A DNA stretch of 32,000 bases, from NCBI GenBank assembly GCA_041662745.1, contig JBAZRV010000001.1, positions 90,001 through 122,000 of the forward strand, given 5' to 3'. Origin of the DNA: Patescibacteria group bacterium (GTDB lineage: Bacteria; Patescibacteriota; Patescibacteriia; 2-01-FULL-39-33). Each line of letters opens with the position of its first letter. Position 1 is the stretch's first letter. The notes below the pieces were generated by a model that had not been told where the DNA came from, did no database searches, and saw only the letters and a list, made by a program, of their open reading frames with translations. The position numbers and the translations under genes are program-made. This document shows positions 27,087-32,000 of this stretch, piece by piece.

Positions 27087-28076
27087 TTATTGGTTGCGCC
27101 CATTGCTGTGTTTGCCGTTATTCATAGGACGAGCGGGCTTGGATCGATTAACCGACGTACTGCGTTGGGACGACCGGGCGGGTGACACATTGGGCGTCGG
27201 CCGAGACGAACGAGTAGGTACTGCCGCTCTTGCCGGCGCATTGCGTTGCGGCGATCGGATCGGCGACGTACTGCGTGTTGTCGGTCTGGCCGGAGTTACC
27301 GCTCTTGCCGGTGACGACTGCCGCGACGGCGATACGTGAGAGGGTTGCCGCGACGGCGTCTGACGCAAGGAGGGCGAATGGGTGTTGGGATTGCTATATT
27401 GTTGCCTGGGTGTAACCGGTCGGACAGTTTGGGGCGTGCTACGCATTGGCCTGGCCGGAGTTACCGCTCTTGCCGGTGACGATTGCCGGGACGGCGATAC
27501 GTGAGACGGTTGTCGCGACGGCGATACGTGAGACGGTTGTCGCGACGGCGTCACGGAATGATTAATACCGGAACCGCCATGGGGCGTCTGTTGCCGTGGC
27601 GGTTCGCGCCTCGGTGGCGACACATGGAATGGTTGTCCGTGCCGTGGCGGTTCGCGCCTCGGTGGCGAAGAATATGATCTCGGTTGATGATGATTTATCA
27701 AAACACCATGAATGCCGACATTTACATCAACGTGGCCGTAATGATGGCCGGGCGATCGATGGAAGTGGCTGCGGTAATAAGGCGTCGGACGCCAATAATA
27801 ATTCAATACCACATGATCAATCGGCACCGGGCGGACCCATACGGTATCCACGCCAAAATAAACACGGTGCGTAACGCCTCCGGCAACATAATAATAGTGA
27901 TCGGGGTCAGGATAAACCACTTCTTCCGTAACAAACGTTTCCTTGGTAACGGTCGTTACGCCATTTTCCGATGTGGTGGTTATAACCGTTTCCACTCTTC
28001 GGTTGGTGGCGCAACCCAAAGACAGTGTCAAAGCGGATACCAGAATAATACACAAAACTGCGGCTGACTTTTTCAT
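27087..28076 (-). CDS. Putative lipoprotein with a Ser/Pro/Arg-rich repeat C-terminal region
   Basis: 329 aa; signal peptide with lipobox 'SALTLSLGCATN'; duplicated block 'RQPSHVSPSRQSSPARAVTPARP'. Confidence 0.8.
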   Translation of the reverse strand: MKKSAAVLCIILVSALTLSLGCATNRRVETVITTTSENGVTTVTKETFVTEEVVYPDPDHYYYVAGGVTHRVYFGVDTVWVRPVPIDHVVLNYYWRPTPYYRSHFHRSPGHHYGHVDVNVGIHGVLINHHQPRSYSSPPRREPPRHGQPFHVSPPRREPPRQQTPHGGSGINHSVTPSRQPSHVSPSRQPSHVSPSRQSSPARAVTPARPMRSTPQTVRPVTPRQQYSNPNTHSPSLRQTPSRQPSHVSPSRQSSPARAVTPARPTTRSTSPIRSPQRNAPARAAVPTRSSRPTPNVSPARSSQRSTSVNRSKPARPMNNGKHSNGRNQ

Positions 28077-28092
28077 TTGCGGCTCCTTTCGG

Positions 28093-28299
28093 TTAGGCCT
28101 TCACATCAAAAATATTTCTTATCGGCCGAACAACTGCGGGTTGCCCGTCACTTCTCTGCTTCTTTTTCGCAAAAGGGCTTAAGTCATGGTAACAAGCAAA
28201 ACAAGTCTGATTCTTACGATCATAAATCCTGGCTAAACGGCCGCACCGGCCGCATCTTTCCGGCTCAATAAACGGCAATTTATCCATAAGCATCTCCAT
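28093..28299 (-). CDS. Small zinc-finger protein
   Basis: 68 aa; 'EPERCGRCGRLARIYDRKNQTCFACY' CxxC...CxxC. Confidence 0.65.
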   Translation of the reverse strand: MEMLMDKLPFIEPERCGRCGRLARIYDRKNQTCFACYHDLSPFAKKKQRSDGQPAVVRPIRNIFDVKA

Positions 28300-28448
28300 T
28301 GTTAAGGTTCAATTAATACTGAATTGTATCATAACGCTAAAAAATTGTCAACAGTAATTGCCAATAATTAATTTATAGACAATGGGAGCGATTTCCTATT
28401 TGGCAATTTAATTGCTAAAATGCAGTTATTAAATAAATCAAAAAAAAT

Positions 28449-29294
28449 ATGAAAATCCTGATTATTGGCAATGGCTATATTGGCAGCCGCTGCGCCCAAG
28501 AATGGGGGAACGAGGCCATCCTATCGGATAAAATTATTAATTCAACTGAAGACGCTACTGATATTTTAGAAAAGTTTTGCCCGGATGCGGTTTTAAACGC
28601 GGCGGGAATTGTCGGTAAGCCGAATGTTGACTGGTGCGAGGCTAATCAATTGGAAACAATCAAAGGCAATACCCTATTACCTCTTATAATTGCCTCGGCC
28701 TGCGCGCAAAAAAACATTTATTTGCTGCACATTGGCAGTGGCTGTATTTTTTATGGCCAATCTCCCGAACCAAAAGGCTGGAAAGAAACTGATTTCGCTA
28801 ATCCGGAAGTAGTTTATACAAAATCAAAATATGCGGCCGACCTGGCCTTAATGAATCTGTCTAACGTCGGCATTGCTAGAATCAGGATGCCCATCGATAG
28901 CCTGCCTTATCGTGGCAACTTGATTGATAAGTTAGCTGCTTATAAACAAGTCATTGACGTGGAAAACAGCGTAACTGTAATTGAAGACATGATAAAAATT
29001 TTTTATCAATTACTATCAAAAAGGGCTAGGGGCATTTTTCATGTCACTAACCCCGGAAGCATCAAACACAAGGAGATCCTTAATTTATATCGAGAGTTGG
29101 TTGATCCGCAACATGAAAATAGCTGGATTAATGAAGCTGACTTGGTCAACCTGGGACTAGCGGTAAAGAAACGTTCTAGTAATATTCTGCAGTCAAAAAA
29201 CTTGGCTGATTTAGGCATCGCCATGAGGCCAATTAAAGAAGCTTTAAGGCAAACCCTGATTGACTATGCTAAAAACAGGCGCTCGGATTCTTGA
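28449..29294 (+). CDS. RmlD-like sugar-nucleotide-binding / NAD(P)-dependent SDR (dTDP-4-dehydrorhamnose reductase-like)
   Basis: 'MKILIIGNGYIGSRCAQEWG', 'DAVLNAAGIVGKPNVDWCE', 'YTKSKYAADL' (YxxxK). Confidence 0.85.
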   Translation: MKILIIGNGYIGSRCAQEWGNEAILSDKIINSTEDATDILEKFCPDAVLNAAGIVGKPNVDWCEANQLETIKGNTLLPLIIASACAQKNIYLLHIGSGCIFYGQSPEPKGWKETDFANPEVVYTKSKYAADLALMNLSNVGIARIRMPIDSLPYRGNLIDKLAAYKQVIDVENSVTVIEDMIKIFYQLLSKRARGIFHVTNPGSIKHKEILNLYRELVDPQHENSWINEADLVNLGLAVKKRSSNILQSKNLADLGIAMRPIKEALRQTLIDYAKNRRSDS

Positions 29295-29350
29295 CTTTTT
29301 ATTAAAAATTCAGTAAACTGCAATAGTAAATTAGGATATTAGGTGAGGAC

Positions 29351-29387
29351 GTAGTACCTGCCTACCGGCAGGCAGGCGCGCCCATGG
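29351..29387 (+). repeat. Partial copy of the tRNA-Pro-derived/20-mer repeat
   Basis: gtagtacctgcctaccggcaggcaggcgcgcccatgg, identical to 29425-29461 and 29640-29676. Confidence 0.9.
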
Positions 29388-29407
29388 TATCATAGCGGAA
29401 GTAAAAT

Positions 29408-29622
29408 CGGGGTGGAGTATGTCGGTAGTACCTGCCTACCGGCAGGCAGGCGCGCCCATGGGGTGGTTTAAAATCCATCAAAGATTTTAAAAGGTTAGAA
29501 GTGAAATAAGCGCGAGAGCGCGAAATTGAACGATCAAAAATATGCCAGTGACATATTTTTGCTAACCCTGGACGAGCTGAGCGAGAGCGAAACGAGGTTT
29601 AACTAAATACCGAAAACAAAAT
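29408..29622 (+). repeat. 215-bp tandem repeat unit 1 (contains an interrupted tRNA-Pro 5' half)
   Basis: Near-identical to 29623-29837, with one visible difference (gcgaaacgagg vs gcgaagcgagg). Confidence 0.92.
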
Positions 29623-29837
29623 CGGGGTGGAGTATGTCGGTAGTACCTGCCTACCGGCAGGCAGGCGCGCCCATGGGGTGGTTTAAAATCCATCAAAGAT
29701 TTTAAAAGGTTAGAAGTGAAATAAGCGCGAGAGCGCGAAATTGAACGATCAAAAATATGCCAGTGACATATTTTTGCTAACCCTGGACGAGCTGAGCGAG
29801 AGCGAAGCGAGGTTTAACTAAATACCGAAAACAAAAT
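29623..29837 (+). repeat. 215-bp tandem repeat unit 2, directly abutting the intact tRNA-Pro
   Basis: See unit 1; the next 'cggggtggagtatgtcggtagta' is the start of the intact tRNA at 29838. Confidence 0.92.
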
Positions 29838-29908
29838 CGGGGTGGAGTATGTCGGTAGTACGCGCCCATGGGGTGGGTGTAGACGGGGTTCAATTCCCCG
29901 CACCCCGA
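29838..29908 (+). tRNA. tRNA-Pro (anticodon GGG)
   Basis: CGGGGTG GA GTAT GTCGGTA GTAC G CGCCC ATGGGGT GGGTG TAGA CGGGG TTCAATT CCCCG CACCCCG A; all four stems close, although position 8 is G rather than the usual U. Confidence 0.85.
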
Positions 29909-29917
29909 CATTATTAA

Positions 29918-29955
29918 GAATCAAAAAAATCCCTAAACTGGGATTTTTTTGATTC
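29918..29955. terminator. Strong bidirectional terminator between tRNA-Pro and the convergent CDS
   Basis: gaatcaaaaaaatccc taaact gggatttttttgattc, 16-bp perfect stem. Confidence 0.88.
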
Positions 29956-30013
29956 TAAAACTTTAGTGATACCGATAACCAAAAATATAATAAGTTAAGA
30001 TAAACAGAACAGT

Positions 30014-32000
30014 TTAATCTTTTAAGTTAGGATTGTATCTAAATAAAGCTTCTCGGCCGTCTTTATAACCATCGCCGTCACTGTCGGCATTAGCCGGTTG
30101 AGTATTATAGATGTTAGTCTCATCGCTATCGGCCAGACCATCTTTATCGCTATCAATAAAACCGGCATCGTTCCTGATATAATCATTCTCAAAGCTTGAT
30201 TGGATAATGATTAATCGGTTCTTCCATTTTTCCCCAAAAATATCAGCTGCTTCCTGCTCGCTAATATATTTCAAATTATTATTGCCAAAAACCATGTAAA
30301 CTCTGGGACTATTATCAAAACTAATCAAGTTTGATCCGGGATTAGCCCTAACATGATCCCCTTCGGTTAACGCATCAAAGGTTGCTTGGTTGATTACTTC
30401 TACTTTTTGTTGCGCCCAAGCGCCGGTATGCCAAGTCCAATAAGTCGCCTCGTTAACATATAAATGCCTTTTATTATCGTCAGTCACATGATAAACAGCT
30501 GGATTGTTTGCTACTTTTATCATTCTGCCGGCAGTATAAATTCCCTTCCCAACCGTTGAAGCCGTCGAACTGCTTTCAATAATTGAACTGCCACACGGCT
30601 GGCTCTCGGCCGGCCTCGTGCTGTTTTGTTTACAGCCGTGACTATCGGTGCAGGTTCTAATCTGCGTACCATTAGAACAAGCCATCCAAGCCGTGCAACC
30701 CCACTTAGGCGTACAGGCTGAAGCGCAGGTTTGAGAAAGCGCCGGCCTATTGGCAACCGTACCGCAACTGCTTGAATCGGCGCATGTTCTGGTTTGATTA
30801 TTGCCGGAACAAGCAGACCAAGAGCCACAAGTCCAATTTTCCGTACAATCCGATCCGCTTGAAGCGCAGGTTTGAGAAAGTGCCGGTCTGTTGGCAACCG
30901 TACCGCAACCATTACTGTCAGTGCAGGTCCTGATCTGGCTATTATTAGAACAAGCAGACCAAGAACCACAAGTCCAATTTTCCGTGCAACCGGAAGCTGT
31001 CGTTGGTTTGATTTTAATTGCAATATCCTTTGAGAAACTGGGTATTGATCCGGTTAATACTCCGCCGACGGTCTGAACCTGCCCCTCGCTAATCAAACCG
31101 CCCGTTCCCCAAGTATTATAATATTGTATTTTGTAAGTACCGGCGCTAAGGCCGGGTAAAGTGAAAGTAGTATTGCTTATAACTCCATTGTTTTCTAATC
31201 CATACTGACTCCCGATATCATAAACCCATAAGTAAGCGGAATTATTTCCAACTAAACTGATATTTTGCAAAATATGAGAATTAAAAGCAACTGAAGTGGG
31301 ACAGCTGAAAGAATAATCTTTGATATAAAACCAATCGCGGCCGGTATTTTTAACCTGGATTGTGTGTGTTCCGGCCGGGATAGAAGCCTCCAATTCCAGA
31401 TTTGAGGCTCCGGCGGCCGGCGCCAATGAGGCAGCCACCACCCCATCAACCAAAATCTCCATGCTGCTCGGCAAATAAGCGTAATTGGAAACAGAGGGAA
31501 TAATAAGCTTGATAGTTGCCGGCGCATCAAAATTTGTATGAAAAATTGGATCGGAACGAAGGCTTTCTTGGATTGTTCCATGGAGATTAACGGTCATTTT
31601 TTCAAAATCTTCTATTTGCCCGTACTGATCAACATTAAATATTCGCTGTTGAGGCACATCATAAAAATTAATAAGGCCGGGAAGATTAGAACGAACAACA
31701 GTCTCTCTGGCCATCGTTTGAGTGGTTACCTGCACCTCAGTATTTATAAGGCCCTCATCGCCCCAAGTCTCGCCGTCCATAAAAAGGAATGGCGGTTTGA
31801 AAAGTTGATATAACCTTAAACTGCCACCGACATAAGAGGCGTACCAAATATGGGCTGATGATTTTAAAAACAACGATTCCCATATAATATTATGAAGATG
31901 CAATCCTTCCGCTAATTGCGAACGATACGGTTCGGAGAAGGAAGAATAAGTGAGTTCCGGCGCGTCATCGTCAGCTCCTAAACCAAATTCACCCGTAAAA
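30014..32000 (-). CDS. Large, probably exported protein with three TSP1-like Cys/Trp repeats and a thrombospondin type 3/Ca-binding-like C-terminal segment; N-terminus beyond the window
   Basis: The frame stays open upstream of the track start (a TTG) to the window end: FTGEFGLGADDDAPELTYSSFSEPYRSQLAEGLHLHN...; repeats 'CTENWTCGSWSACSNN.QIRTCTDSNGCGTVANRPALSQTC'; 'DSDKDGLADSDETNIYNTQPANADSDGDGYKDG'. Confidence 0.8.
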   Translation of the reverse strand, partial: FTGEFGLGADDDAPELTYSSFSEPYRSQLAEGLHLHNIIWESLFLKSSAHIWYASYVGGSLRLYQLFKPPFLFMDGETWGDEGLINTEVQVTTQTMARETVVRSNLPGLINFYDVPQQRIFNVDQYGQIEDFEKMTVNLHGTIQESLRSDPIFHTNFDAPATIKLIIPSVSNYAYLPSSMEILVDGVVAASLAPAAGASNLELEASIPAGTHTIQVKNTGRDWFYIKDYSFSCPTSVAFNSHILQNISLVGNNSAYLWVYDIGSQYGLENNGVISNTTFTLPGLSAGTYKIQYYNTWGTGGLISEGQVQTVGGVLTGSIPSFSKDIAIKIKPTTASGCTENWTCGSWSACSNNSQIRTCTDSNGCGTVANRPALSQTCASSGSDCTENWTCGSWSACSGNNQTRTCADSSSCGTVANRPALSQTCASACTPKWGCTAWMACSNGTQIRTCTDSHGCKQNSTRPAESQPCGSSIIESSSTASTVGKGIYTAGRMIKVANNPAVYHVTDDNKRHLYVNEATYWTWHTGAWAQQKVEVINQATFDALTEGDHVRANPGSNLISFDNSPRVYMVFGNNNLKYISEQEAADIFGEKWKNRLIIIQSSFENDYIRNDAGFIDSDKDGLADSDETNIYNTQPANADSDGDGYKDGREALFRYNPNLKD

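Noticed and set aside
27225-27600. Short repeated 'ggtgac...gagacggttgtcgcgacggcgatacgtgagacgg' resembling an array
   Set aside because: It is the coding sequence of Ser/Pro/Arg protein repeats in frame, not CRISPR or non-coding repeats.
29408-29837. Possibility of a CRISPR array
   Set aside because: The repeat period is 215 bp with nearly identical content and no short-repeat/unique-spacer alternation; no cas genes recognised in the window.

Overview
This 32 kb window looks like a Patescibacteria/CPR-type genome: compact genes, an orphan 23S-5S locus, small membrane and Cys-rich proteins, and a lysine-rich mini-protein. That assignment is inference from gene style only. Main contents: (i) a left-edge histidine phosphatase fragment and tRNA-Ser(CGA); (ii) a polysaccharide locus on the minus strand (O-antigen ligase-like, Wzx/MATE flippase, glycoside-hydrolase-like protein, EamA transporter); (iii) a GerMN protein and tRNA-Gly(TCC) with duplicated 3'-end debris; (iv) a four-gene cluster of small Cys-rich/zinc-ribbon proteins; (v) a minus-strand 23S-5S rRNA unit without 16S in the window. 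The 23S gene carries two group I introns, after E. coli-equivalent positions about 1931 and 2604, each encoding a LAGLIDADG protein whose C-terminus runs into the ribozyme core. The 23S gene is flanked by a near-perfect processing stem. Upstream lies a consensus promoter and a leader with terminator/antiterminator-like geometry; (vi) an eight-gene plus-strand cluster, about 14.56-24.50 kb, of mostly unrecognised proteins around an AAA+ ATPase with several membrane proteins, which is the best candidate for an undescribed system; (vii) a DEDDh exonuclease, a 35-aa Lys/Ala protein missed by the ORF track, an endonuclease Q-like PHP protein, a repeat-rich lipoprotein and an RmlD-like protein; (viii) an array of 215-bp tandem repeats containing truncated tRNA-Pro halves interrupted by a 20-nt near-palindrome, next to an intact tRNA-Pro(GGG); (ix) a right-edge truncated protein with TSP1-like Cys repeats and a calcium-binding-like C-terminal segment. 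All homology calls come from motif recognition by eye; no database search was run.
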